A stretch of DNA of 64,000 bases from Anaeromyxobacteraceae bacterium (lineage in GTDB: Bacteria > Myxococcota > Myxococcia > Myxococcales > Anaeromyxobacteraceae). Of this stretch, positions 53,864-64,000 are shown one piece after another (within the stretch, counting starts at the first letter, position 1; every line of letters starts with the position of its first letter). The notes beneath the pieces were generated by a model. That model worked only from the letters and a program-made list of their open reading frames with translations, searched no databases and was not told where the DNA came from. The DNA lies in the NCBI GenBank assembly GCA_047602405.1, contig JASGHJ010000001.1:864001-928000 (forward strand), written 5' to 3'. A program made the translations under genes and the position numbers.

Positions 53864-54646
53864 CTAGGCACGCGGTCTGCCCGACAGTAGCAGATGGATC
53901 GTGCCCGTCTGGGTGAGCAGATCGACCGGTTGCCCGGTCGGCCCCGTCACGTTCCTGTACCCGAGCGAGGCGACGAGCTCTACGAACTCCTGCCGCGAGA
54001 CGCCGAGTTCCCCCCAGCTCGCGCAGTGGCACTCGATCACGACCGTGGGGTGATACCGGCGCAGGGTCTCCCGCGCGCCGCGCAGCACCTCAAGCTCGTG
54101 CCCCTCAACGTCGATCTTCATCGCGTCCGGGACAAGCTGCGGATGCTCGAGCAGCCACCCGTCGATGGAATGGGTCTTCACCTCAATTTGTGGGACTGCC
54201 TTCGAGGGATCCGGCACCCAGAAATTGTTCCAGGCTCCTGGATAGTTGGATAAGCGCAGCGTTCCCGGACCGCTCGAGACCGCCATCTGCTCGACCGTCA
54301 CCGTCGTGGTTCCGTTGAGGTCAAAGGTCTGCCTCATGACGTCAACGGTGGATGGAATGGGCTCGAACGTCACGGACCGGAGACGCCCTCCCTTGGCCTT
54401 CGTAAGAGCCGTTACGTAGAGCCCGACGTTACCGCCCACGTCCAGGTAGACGCCGTCGTCCGGCAGCGCAGTAGCCAGGAAGTCGAACAGGACGACGTCC
54501 TCGTTACGGCCGGTCCAGAAGAAGACGCCGACCGACCGAGGTAGCAGCATCTCCTGTCCCAGGGCACCTGGAACTCGGTACCCACGGAACCCGCCCCGCG
54601 CAAGCGCGAAGGCCTTCTGGGCCCGGTGCAGCCAGCGAGAGTTCAT
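53864..54646 (-). CDS. FkbM-family methyltransferase
   Basis: DVGGNVG, FEP, MKIDVEGHE..VL.GA. Confidence 0.88.
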   Translation of the reverse strand: MNSRWLHRAQKAFALARGGFRGYRVPGALGQEMLLPRSVGVFFWTGRNEDVVLFDFLATALPDDGVYLDVGGNVGLYVTALTKAKGGRLRSVTFEPIPSTVDVMRQTFDLNGTTTVTVEQMAVSSGPGTLRLSNYPGAWNNFWVPDPSKAVPQIEVKTHSIDGWLLEHPQLVPDAMKIDVEGHELEVLRGARETLRRYHPTVVIECHCASWGELGVSRQEFVELVASLGYRNVTGPTGQPVDLLTQTGTIHLLLSGRPRA

Positions 54647-54760
54647 CCCCACCGAATACGACGCTCCGCGAGCCCTGCGCAATGAGTCGTCCGAGGCTTC
54701 TGCACGGCGCTCGTTAGGCCACTTCAATCCCTCCTCCGTACCGACTTCTTCAAGAAACTG

Positions 54761-55387
54761 CTAGCCGGGGGCCGCAAGTGGACGCGCCTCCTTTTCCAGG
54801 CGCGACACGAAGTGGAGCCCTCGCTCGAAGATGAGATCTGCTGGGAAAGGATAGAGGCCGACCTGCGTCTGGTAGGCGCTGACGTGAAGGCCCAGCTTCT
54901 CCCACGCGGAGCTCCACGTCGCGGCGCTCATGTAGTTGTACGGAAGCACGACGCCATGATGGGCGTTGCCCACCCAGTCCATGAAGCGGAGACGTACGTT
55001 CCCGAGCGGCGGATCGTTGGTGTGATCCTTGATGACCAAGCAGCCCCGGCTCACCCGGCATGCCTCGGCCAGGAGCTTCTCCGGGCTGTTCGTGTGATGC
55101 AGGACATCGACGAACATCACGACGTCGAAGGCCGCGTCTTCGAACGGGAGAACCTCGCCATCAAATTTCTGCACAGGAATCTTGGTGCCGGGACGCACCA
55201 GTACGTCGACGCCCTGGATCGCCACATCCGGACGACTCTGCTGGATCAAACCGTCGATCGAGCCATCGCCACAGCCGACGTCCAGCACCCGCGCGTTGGG
55301 AGGTATCAGATCGGCGATGGCGCGGCTGAGCGCACGAACCCGCCTACCGAAGACGACACGCTCGTGCAGCGCTCCGACGACGGTCAC
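54761..55387 (-). CDS. Class I SAM-dependent methyltransferase
   Basis: VLDVGCGDG, FVDVLHH, DWVGN; GTGA overlap with the GT2 gene. Confidence 0.85.
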   Translation of the reverse strand: MTVVGALHERVVFGRRVRALSRAIADLIPPNARVLDVGCGDGSIDGLIQQSRPDVAIQGVDVLVRPGTKIPVQKFDGEVLPFEDAAFDVVMFVDVLHHTNSPEKLLAEACRVSRGCLVIKDHTNDPPLGNVRLRFMDWVGNAHHGVVLPYNYMSAATWSSAWEKLGLHVSAYQTQVGLYPFPADLIFERGLHFVSRLEKEARPLAAPG

Positions 55388-56616
55388 GCGCCCTCCTCCT
55401 GCTCGGACTCGAGTGGGCGTAGCTTCAGCTTGAGGATCGACACGAAGAAGCTCGCGAGTACGAGTTCGAGCCCCACGAGACCGGCGGTCGTGGACGGAAT
55501 GACGGCGCGGAGCGTGTGGGACGGGCTCAGGGGCCCGAACCCAATGGATCGCCAGCCGAGGACCGCGGAGATGGAGCCGCCGAGCCCGAGCGCGATCAAC
55601 ACCAAACCGAGCAGCAGACCCCACTCCAGCTTGAAGTGGGACAGGAATTGAGTGGTGGCGCGCGCTGGAATCAGACGTTCGATGGCCGCGAACAGGGTCG
55701 CGAGGGCTCCGAAGACGATCATCTGTGTTCCGATGAGCACGCCCAGGGAGCAATAGAGAAGCGTGTGTACATCCAGCTCCACGTGGCCCACATTTCGTGG
55801 CCCGGGCAGCAACCATCCACCTGTTGCGGTACCAGCAACGACGAGCAGCAGACCCGGATATAGAAACAACCACCGAGGGCTGTAGAGCAACATGAACCGA
55901 AGGTGTCGCCAGCCGTCTCGCCACGGCCTTAGGTGCGGCGGTCTAGATCGACCGTCCTTGCTGAGGGTGGTCGGAACCTCGGTCACCTTCATCCCGAGCA
56001 GCGTCGCCTTGATGACCATCTCGGAGGCGAATTCCATCCCTGTCGTGCGAAGGTCCATGCTCTTGAAGGACGCCGCGTTAAACGCCCTGAGACCGCAGTG
56101 GAAGTCCCGCACTGGCGCGCTGAAGAGTACGCGACCGAGTCCGGAGAGGACGGGGTTGCCGAGATAGCGGTTCTTCCATGGCATCGCGCCCGGCTGGATA
56201 CCTCCTTCGAACCGGTTGCCCATGACGAGGTCGAATCCTTCTCTGAGCCGGTCCAGGAAGTCCCCAAGCTCCGAGAAGTCGTAGCTGTCGTCCGCGTCGC
56301 CCATGACGACATACCGCCCCTTGGCCGCCAGGATCGCGTGGTAGAGCGCGGCCCCGTAGCCTCGGATCGGCACATGAATGACGCGGGCTCCCTCGCTGCT
56401 AGCGATCTCCTGTGATCCGTCCGTCGACCCGTTGTCGCCGATGACGATCTCTCCGTGGATTCCCTCAGACTCCAGGAAGCCACGAGCCTTCCGTATGCAT
56501 TTCGCGATCGTCTCCGACTCGTTGAGGCACGGCATGACGATCGAGAGTTCCAGCTCAAGGGCCGCGGTCGAGGGCGCCTGCGGTGCGGCAGATCCGGAGG
56601 CCGTTCCTCCACTCAT
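55384..56616 (-). CDS. GT2 polyprenol-phosphate glycosyltransferase (DPM-synthase-like) with C-terminal TM helices
   Basis: SIVMPCLNE, DNGSTDGS, GDADDSYD, DFHCGLR, GMEFASEM, WRDGWRHLRF. Confidence 0.88.
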   Translation of the reverse strand: MSGGTASGSAAPQAPSTAALELELSIVMPCLNESETIAKCIRKARGFLESEGIHGEIVIGDNGSTDGSQEIASSEGARVIHVPIRGYGAALYHAILAAKGRYVVMGDADDSYDFSELGDFLDRLREGFDLVMGNRFEGGIQPGAMPWKNRYLGNPVLSGLGRVLFSAPVRDFHCGLRAFNAASFKSMDLRTTGMEFASEMVIKATLLGMKVTEVPTTLSKDGRSRPPHLRPWRDGWRHLRFMLLYSPRWLFLYPGLLLVVAGTATGGWLLPGPRNVGHVELDVHTLLYCSLGVLIGTQMIVFGALATLFAAIERLIPARATTQFLSHFKLEWGLLLGLVLIALGLGGSISAVLGWRSIGFGPLSPSHTLRAVIPSTTAGLVGLELVLASFFVSILKLKLRPLESEQEEGA

Positions 56617-57809
56617 GGGGTCGCCTCAGCGTCGGTCGGTTTGAAGGTCTCACCTGAGCGCTGGCACGCCACGACGAAGAACGCGAGCCCGAGCCAGACG
56701 AGACGGAAGGCCTCCGGTACGATCGGCATAAAATCGAACCTCGACATATAGGGAGTCCAGAAGCTCACGCATCCCGCCGCAAGTGCCATCCAGCTCCTGT
56801 TGGAGTTCTCGAGCGCGACGAGTTCGATCAGCGCGAGGACCACGAGGCCAATGGCGATCAGATCGTGTGTGTGGTGGTAGGCCCAGAGCTTCGAGACGGC
56901 CGCCATGCCCGCCAACGCCGCGAGGGCGGTCGCGTGGCGAGAGTACACCGCGAGTACAATGGCGAGCAGACCTCCACCAACGAGTCCGGCAGTGGTCACC
57001 AATTGCGTGCTCGCTCCCATGGACCGAAGCGGGTTCAGCAGGCCGAGGTAGGCGTTCTCGTAGGTCACGCCCTCGCTGAAGAGGCCCCGCAGCATGCGAA
57101 TCGGGTCCACTCCCGTTCGGAACCAGACCGCCGCGGCAGCAAGGGCGATCAGCCCACCCGCGATGCCGAGGGGTGTCCACTTCCGCCGCACGAGCGGAAC
57201 CAGGAAGAAGAGTGCTCCGAAGTGCGGCTTGATGGCGACCATCGCGAGGAAGACGCCAGCCAAGGCCTCTCTGCCCTTCCGGAGCTGAAGTGCAAACGCA
57301 ACCACCGCCGCCGTAAGCAGGAGTCCGTAGTTCAGGTGGCGGAGGCCGATCGCGAGGGGCAGTGTGGCTAGCGGAGCCACGGAAGCGAGCCTGAGCAGGT
57401 TCGGTTCGCCGCTGGGGATCAACTGGGGCGCGGACCGAACCATCCACACCACCGCGAACACGTTCCAGAGAACGAACACAAGGATGGCGGCGTTCCTGGA
57501 GACCGGCCAAACGAACGGAAGAGCTAGCGCGTAAGACCACGGCGGATACACGCCTCCCGGGCGTCCGATTTCGTCCAGGACACGAGTCTGGTCATGGAGA
57601 ACCGTGTACGGATCAACTCCCCGCACCACGTACGAAATTTCCTGCCAGCGCCATTCGAAGTCGGTGGAAGAACCCGAGCGAATAAAGCTCCATGACCACG
57701 CGAGCCCGATCAAGATGTACGCAACCACCAAGACGCCGAGCAGGGCCCGCACGGCTCTCGTAGCGAGAACGCGCTCGGTAAGGCGGGCCGCCTGCATGAA
57801 CTCGCGCAT
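56613..57809 (-). CDS. GT87/DUF2029-like membrane glycosyltransferase (GT-C)
   Basis: DF...W, VYPP, IKP, YHHTHD; polytopic membrane protein coupled to the GT2 gene. Confidence 0.75.
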   Translation of the reverse strand: MREFMQAARLTERVLATRAVRALLGVLVVAYILIGLAWSWSFIRSGSSTDFEWRWQEISYVVRGVDPYTVLHDQTRVLDEIGRPGGVYPPWSYALALPFVWPVSRNAAILVFVLWNVFAVVWMVRSAPQLIPSGEPNLLRLASVAPLATLPLAIGLRHLNYGLLLTAAVVAFALQLRKGREALAGVFLAMVAIKPHFGALFFLVPLVRRKWTPLGIAGGLIALAAAAVWFRTGVDPIRMLRGLFSEGVTYENAYLGLLNPLRSMGASTQLVTTAGLVGGGLLAIVLAVYSRHATALAALAGMAAVSKLWAYHHTHDLIAIGLVVLALIELVALENSNRSWMALAAGCVSFWTPYMSRFDFMPIVPEAFRLVWLGLAFFVVACQRSGETFKPTDAEATP

Positions 57810-57925
57810 CGTAAGAGTTCATCATAGGTGACCCTGTGCCTCGAGAGAAACGAGCGTGCTATGAGTCACGCGCCCGGCTCGGCTCAAGGTGGAAACTTCA
57901 CGATGTCCCTGTGCGCTCCCAGCTC

Positions 57926-59275
57926 ATGCCGCCCCGCCCCCCCCTGAAGTGGCTGTCGTTCAGCGCGGCTCTGCTTCCGCAAGCCCGCGGCGGGACCGAG
58001 GTGTACGTCGCCCGGCTGGCGGAAGCACTCGCGAGCCTCGGCGTGCGCGTCACGCTGGCGTCCTACGGAGAACAGGAGTCCCCGTCGGAGCCCATGCCGC
58101 GTCGCGCGCTACCCCCGATCCCTTCGACTCCATCCCGTTGGCAGCGATGGAGTTGCCATCCTTTCCGTGAGGCGGAGTTCGCCAAGCTCCTTCGCGAGGT
58201 CGAGCCGGACGTCGTCCATTTCCATGGTTCGTTGGTCACGAACCCGCCCGAGTTCATGGCAGCGGCCAAGAGCCGCGGAGCGGTGGTTCTCTGGACCTTC
58301 CACGCCCCGGGCCAGACCTGTCTCCAGACGGCCCTTCTTCGCGAGGGTAGAACTCCCTGCGATGGCCAGGTGATCGCGCACCGTTGTGCTCGCTGCACGC
58401 TTGTCGCCGCAGGCATTCCGACGCCGCTCGCCCAACTTTTCGGAGCCGTCGACCTGCACGCGGTCGCAGGCCTCGTTCCACCTCCCGTTCGCCATCCGTT
58501 CGAGGTCAGGCGCGGAGTCGTCAAATTCCAGGAACGTCTCAACCGAGCGGTGGCCGAGGTCGACCTGAACATCACCCACGCCGATTGGACTCGGGAGCTC
58601 CTTCTGCGGAACGGAGCACTCCCCGAGTCCATTCGGCACCTGGCACTCCCGCCTCCGTCCGAGCAGGAGCTGGGCCTCAACTTCGGCGAGGCGGGCCCTG
58701 TGACACCGTCGGAAGGTCCTGGAGCTGCCTTCCGCCTGCTCTTCGCTGGACGCTTCATCGACGTGAAGGGGCTCCACCTCATCGCACGCGCCTTCGCTGG
58801 ACCTCTTCGACACGACCGAAGCATCACGCTGACCGTACTCGGCATCCCTGGCGTCGCGGCATACGAGACGAAGCTGCGAGCGCTCGTTGGGGGAGATCCG
58901 CGGGTGACCATCCTCGAATCTGCCGCGACGCCCACTGTCTTCAGGCACATGCGGGACGCCGACGCGGTGGTCGTGCCATCGACCTGGCTCGAGACCGGCC
59001 CTTACACCGTCCTCGAAGCCCAGCTCGCCGGCGCAGCGGTCGTCGGGACCGACCTGGGGGGCATTCGGGAGCTGACAAGGGAAGACCCTGAGGCCTACCT
59101 GTTCAAGCACGGAGACGTCGAATCACTGGCCGACTCGATCCGTGCCGCCGCAGGTCGGCGCCTCAGTCCATCTGCACGGCTGGAACGGTCGATGACGATG
59201 GCAAGCCGTCACCGAGGCCGCTTCACCGAGTCCCTCCACCTCCTCCTTCGCGAGTTGGCGTCCGCTCGGCCTTGA
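57926..59275 (+). CDS. GT4 glycosyltransferase with Cys-rich insert; start uncertain (57836 or 57926)
   Basis: GGTEVY, TFHAPGQTC...PCDG...RCARC, PSTWLETGPYTVLEA. Confidence 0.85.
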   Translation: MPPRPPLKWLSFSAALLPQARGGTEVYVARLAEALASLGVRVTLASYGEQESPSEPMPRRALPPIPSTPSRWQRWSCHPFREAEFAKLLREVEPDVVHFHGSLVTNPPEFMAAAKSRGAVVLWTFHAPGQTCLQTALLREGRTPCDGQVIAHRCARCTLVAAGIPTPLAQLFGAVDLHAVAGLVPPPVRHPFEVRRGVVKFQERLNRAVAEVDLNITHADWTRELLLRNGALPESIRHLALPPPSEQELGLNFGEAGPVTPSEGPGAAFRLLFAGRFIDVKGLHLIARAFAGPLRHDRSITLTVLGIPGVAAYETKLRALVGGDPRVTILESAATPTVFRHMRDADAVVVPSTWLETGPYTVLEAQLAGAAVVGTDLGGIRELTREDPEAYLFKHGDVESLADSIRAAAGRRLSPSARLERSMTMASRHRGRFTESLHLLLRELASARP

Positions 59276-59355
59276 TCACGAGCGGCGATCTTGCCGGTGG
59301 GGGCACGTTCACGTGTGCAGGTAGGTGTAGAGGCTAACCAGGCCGATGAGCGAGC

Positions 59356-59427
59356 CTAGAGGGCCCGGAATCCGCCCCGCGCGAGGGCGAACGCCTTCTG
59401 GGCCCGGTGCAGCCAGCGGGAGCTCAT
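59356..59427 (-). pseudogene. Truncated 5' remnant of an FkbM methyltransferase paralogue
   Basis: Translates MSSRWLHRAQKAFALARGGFRAL*, versus MNSRWLHRAQKAFALARGGFRGY... at 54646; upstream DNA is also similar. Confidence 0.8.
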
Positions 59428-59498
59428 CCCCGACGAATACGACGGTCCGGGAGTCCGGGCAACGCGCCGGTGGGATCTGCACTAGAATCTAGGTACGC

Positions 59499-60452
59499 AT
59501 GGCCATCACCTGGGGGAATGAGCGCGTCGTCGTCACGGGGGGCGCTGGCTTCCTCGGCTCCTACGTGCTGGACGAGCTCGCTCGGCGCGGCGCCCGGGAC
59601 GTCTTCGTGCCGCGCTCGAAGGACTACGACCTCGTCGACATGGCCCGGGTCCGGGCGCTCTACGCCGACGCGAAGCCGACGATCGTCCTCCACCTCGCCG
59701 CCCAGGTCGGTGGCATCGGGGCGAACCGCGACAACCCCGGCCGATTCTTCTACGAGAACCTCATGATGGGCGTGCAGCTCATCGAGGTCGGCCGGCAGGT
59801 GGGCCTCAAGAAGCTCGTCGCCCTCGGCTCGATCTGCGCCTACCCAAAATTCTGCCCGGTCCCTTTCAAGGAAGCCGCGATCTGGGACGGCTACCCCGAG
59901 GAGACGAACGCACCCTACGGCATCGCGAAGAAGGCGCTCCTCGTGCAGAGCGACGCTTACCGGCGGCAGTACGGCTTCAACTCGATCGTGCTCTTCCCCG
60001 TGAACCTCTACGGGCCGCACGATAACTTCGACCTGCACACCTCGCACGTGATCCCGGCACTCATCCGCAAGTGCGTCGAGGCGCGCGAGCGCGGCGACAA
60101 GAAGATCGTCGCCTGGGGGACCGGCAACGCCTCCCGCGAGTTCCTCCATGCGCGCGACGCTGCCAACGGCGTCCTTGACGCCGCCGAGAAGTACGAGAAG
60201 TCCGAGGCCGTGAACCTCGGCGCCGGCTTCGAGATCCGCATCCAGGAGCTCGTGCCGCTCATCGCCCGGCTCTGCCGGTTTCAGGGCGAGATCGTGTGGG
60301 ATCCTTCCAAACCCGATGGCCAGCCCAGGCGCATGCTCGACACCTCGAAGGCGCTCCAGGAGTTCGACTGGAAGGCGCAGATCGGCTTCGAGGACGGGCT
60401 CCGCGAGACGATCGGGTGGTACGAGACCGAACGCAGCAGGGCGACGACCTAG
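59499..60452 (+). CDS. fcl: GDP-L-fucose synthase
   Basis: [43 protein letters not shown]...REF, PDGQPRR. Confidence 0.93.
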   Translation: MAITWGNERVVVTGGAGFLGSYVLDELARRGARDVFVPRSKDYDLVDMARVRALYADAKPTIVLHLAAQVGGIGANRDNPGRFFYENLMMGVQLIEVGRQVGLKKLVALGSICAYPKFCPVPFKEAAIWDGYPEETNAPYGIAKKALLVQSDAYRRQYGFNSIVLFPVNLYGPHDNFDLHTSHVIPALIRKCVEARERGDKKIVAWGTGNASREFLHARDAANGVLDAAEKYEKSEAVNLGAGFEIRIQELVPLIARLCRFQGEIVWDPSKPDGQPRRMLDTSKALQEFDWKAQIGFEDGLRETIGWYETERSRATT

Positions 60453-60508
60453 TGCGCTGGGTCCTTCTCGCCCCCACTTCGACCAGCCGGAGGCGTTAGG
60501 ATCGTGAG

Positions 60509-61402
60509 ATGAGTCTGGTTCACCTCGCCTACCGCGGCTTGCGCCGTCTGGGCCTACAGCGTTACGTGAACTGGTCAGGTCGCGTACCGGCCACTTCAGT
60601 GCGAGCGCCGTTGCTTGGCGAGCCACTCGGGTCTGCGCTCATGCTCTACCGGGGCGACTGGAAGGGCGATGCCTTCCGGCGCCTGGCGCAGGCCATCCCG
60701 TTCAAGTCGGTGGTGGACGTTGGCGCCAACGAAGGCCACACGATCCTCGAGCTCCAACGCGCTGGCCTTGGCGCACTCCCGGTACATGTGTTCGAGCCGA
60801 CGCCTGCGTGCGCCTTCTACCTCACGCGCCTGATCGCGGCGAACGAATGGAAGCAAGTTCAGCTGTTTCCGTTCGCGCTCGCAGGCATCGCCGGAGCTGT
60901 GCCGCTCGAGCTCGAGTCGGAGAATTCGAGTGGGGCTTCGATCATCCCGGATCTGCGGCCGGGTCGGCGGATGGCGCTCAGACTCAAGGTGGCCGCCCTG
61001 CCCCTGGACCAGCTCGTTCAGCAGAACTTGGTTTCGCTCGAACGCGGTCTGGCGCTCATGAAGATCGACGTCGAGGGCGCAGAGCTGGACGTGCTTGCGG
61101 GCGCCCGCGAGACGCTGTCAACGAAGCGGCCCATCATCCTCTGCGAGGTGCTTTGGGCTGACGGGCCGACGCGCCTCGAGTTCATGCGCTCTCGCAACCG
61201 CGCCCTGATGGAGCTGCTCCATCAAGCAGGATACGAGGTCCACCAGCTGATTCTCAGCAAGGCCCAGGACCGAGTCCTTGGGCTGCGAGCACTTACGGAC
61301 TTCCCATCGGGCACCTACGGGCCCAACAACGCGCACGAGTGCGACTACATCTTCTTGCCGCGGGAGGTCGCCTCCTCGGTCATCCCCCACCTGAGCGGGT
61401 GA
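60509..61402 (+). CDS. FkbM-family methyltransferase
   Basis: DVGANEG, FEP, MKIDVEGAE..VL.GA. Confidence 0.85.
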   Translation: MSLVHLAYRGLRRLGLQRYVNWSGRVPATSVRAPLLGEPLGSALMLYRGDWKGDAFRRLAQAIPFKSVVDVGANEGHTILELQRAGLGALPVHVFEPTPACAFYLTRLIAANEWKQVQLFPFALAGIAGAVPLELESENSSGASIIPDLRPGRRMALRLKVAALPLDQLVQQNLVSLERGLALMKIDVEGAELDVLAGARETLSTKRPIILCEVLWADGPTRLEFMRSRNRALMELLHQAGYEVHQLILSKAQDRVLGLRALTDFPSGTYGPNNAHECDYIFLPREVASSVIPHLSG

Positions 61403-61412
61403 GGCGTCGCCG

Positions 61413-63624
<2,212 letters not shown>

Positions 63625-63630
63625 GCCCAC

Positions 63631-63948
63631 GTGCTCGCGAAAGGGGAACATCGCTGCGAGTCCTGCGGCGCGAAGCGCATCCGCCGGGCGCGGTCGCACA
63701 CGCCCTGGCAGAAGACAGTCGCGTGGCTGACGCCGCTCGAGCGCTACGCCTGCGGCGAGTGCAGCCACCGCGGCTGGCGGATCCCTTCCGGCGAGCGCCA
63801 CCTGGTGAACGTCGGGCTCGCCCCACGGCCGATCGAGAAGCGCGACCGGCGCAAGGCCCGCAAGGCCCGCACCGAGATCGTCCGGAGCGTGCTGATCGCC
63901 GTCGTGCTCGGCGCGACGGCCGCCCTGGTGTTCGTCCTCGGTAGCTAG
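63631..63948 (+). CDS. Small hypothetical Zn-ribbon protein with C-terminal TM helix
   Basis: CESCG...YACGECSHR and hydrophobic C-terminus; 6 nt after the gmd stop. Confidence 0.65.
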   Translation: MLAKGEHRCESCGAKRIRRARSHTPWQKTVAWLTPLERYACGECSHRGWRIPSGERHLVNVGLAPRPIEKRDRRKARKARTEIVRSVLIAVVLGATAALVFVLGS

Positions 63949-64000
63949 GCGCCCGCCCGCCCGTTCTGTAATTTTCTCCCACCCTCCGTCCCTGCTAGAA

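Noticed and set aside
48967..59462. Insertion sequence, prophage or integrative element explaining the lower-GC block
   Set aside because: No transposase, integrase, tRNA target or terminal inverted repeats were recognised; only the FkbM direct-repeat remnant is visible.

Overview
Very GC-rich bacterial chromosomal DNA. Gene content is consistent with an Anaeromyxobacter/myxobacterium-like organism, but that assignment is inference. From left to right the window holds: a sulfatase-like gene; a livKHMGF ABC operon; a response regulator; a small accessory patch (HEAT-like protein, alpha/beta hydrolase, antitoxin plus RelE/ParE toxin); a DUF4175/peptidase-TPR/MoxR/DUF58/BatA/nagZ operon divergent from an ECF sigma/anti-sigma operon; and, from about 29.5 kb to the end, a large mosaic Wzx/Wzy-type surface polysaccharide locus (WecA-like transferase, many glycosyltransferases, Wzy, Wzc, Wzx, O-antigen ligase-TPR, methyl/acyl/acetyltransferases, gmd, fcl). 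The most interesting element is at 22.3-29.5 kb, on the same strand as and directly downstream of the WecA-like gene. It is a lasso-peptide-like RiPP cassette with an unannotated 53-aa precursor carrying a well-spaced lasso-type leader, a peptidase(B2)-RRE fusion in reversed domain order, an HprK-like kinase, a nucleotidyltransferase, two lipoproteins and an ABC exporter. There is no lasso cyclase in the window and the predicted core lacks the acceptor residue for a canonical lasso ring. Other signals: five of six apparent frameshifts are the same GATC->GAATC insertion (probably a sequencing artefact); four copies of a REP-like palindrome, two of them inside coding frames; a mixed-period tandem repeat; a duplicated gene junction forming a 12-aa mini-ORF; and a truncated duplicate of an FkbM gene start. 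No rRNA, tRNA, CRISPR array or transposase was recognised.
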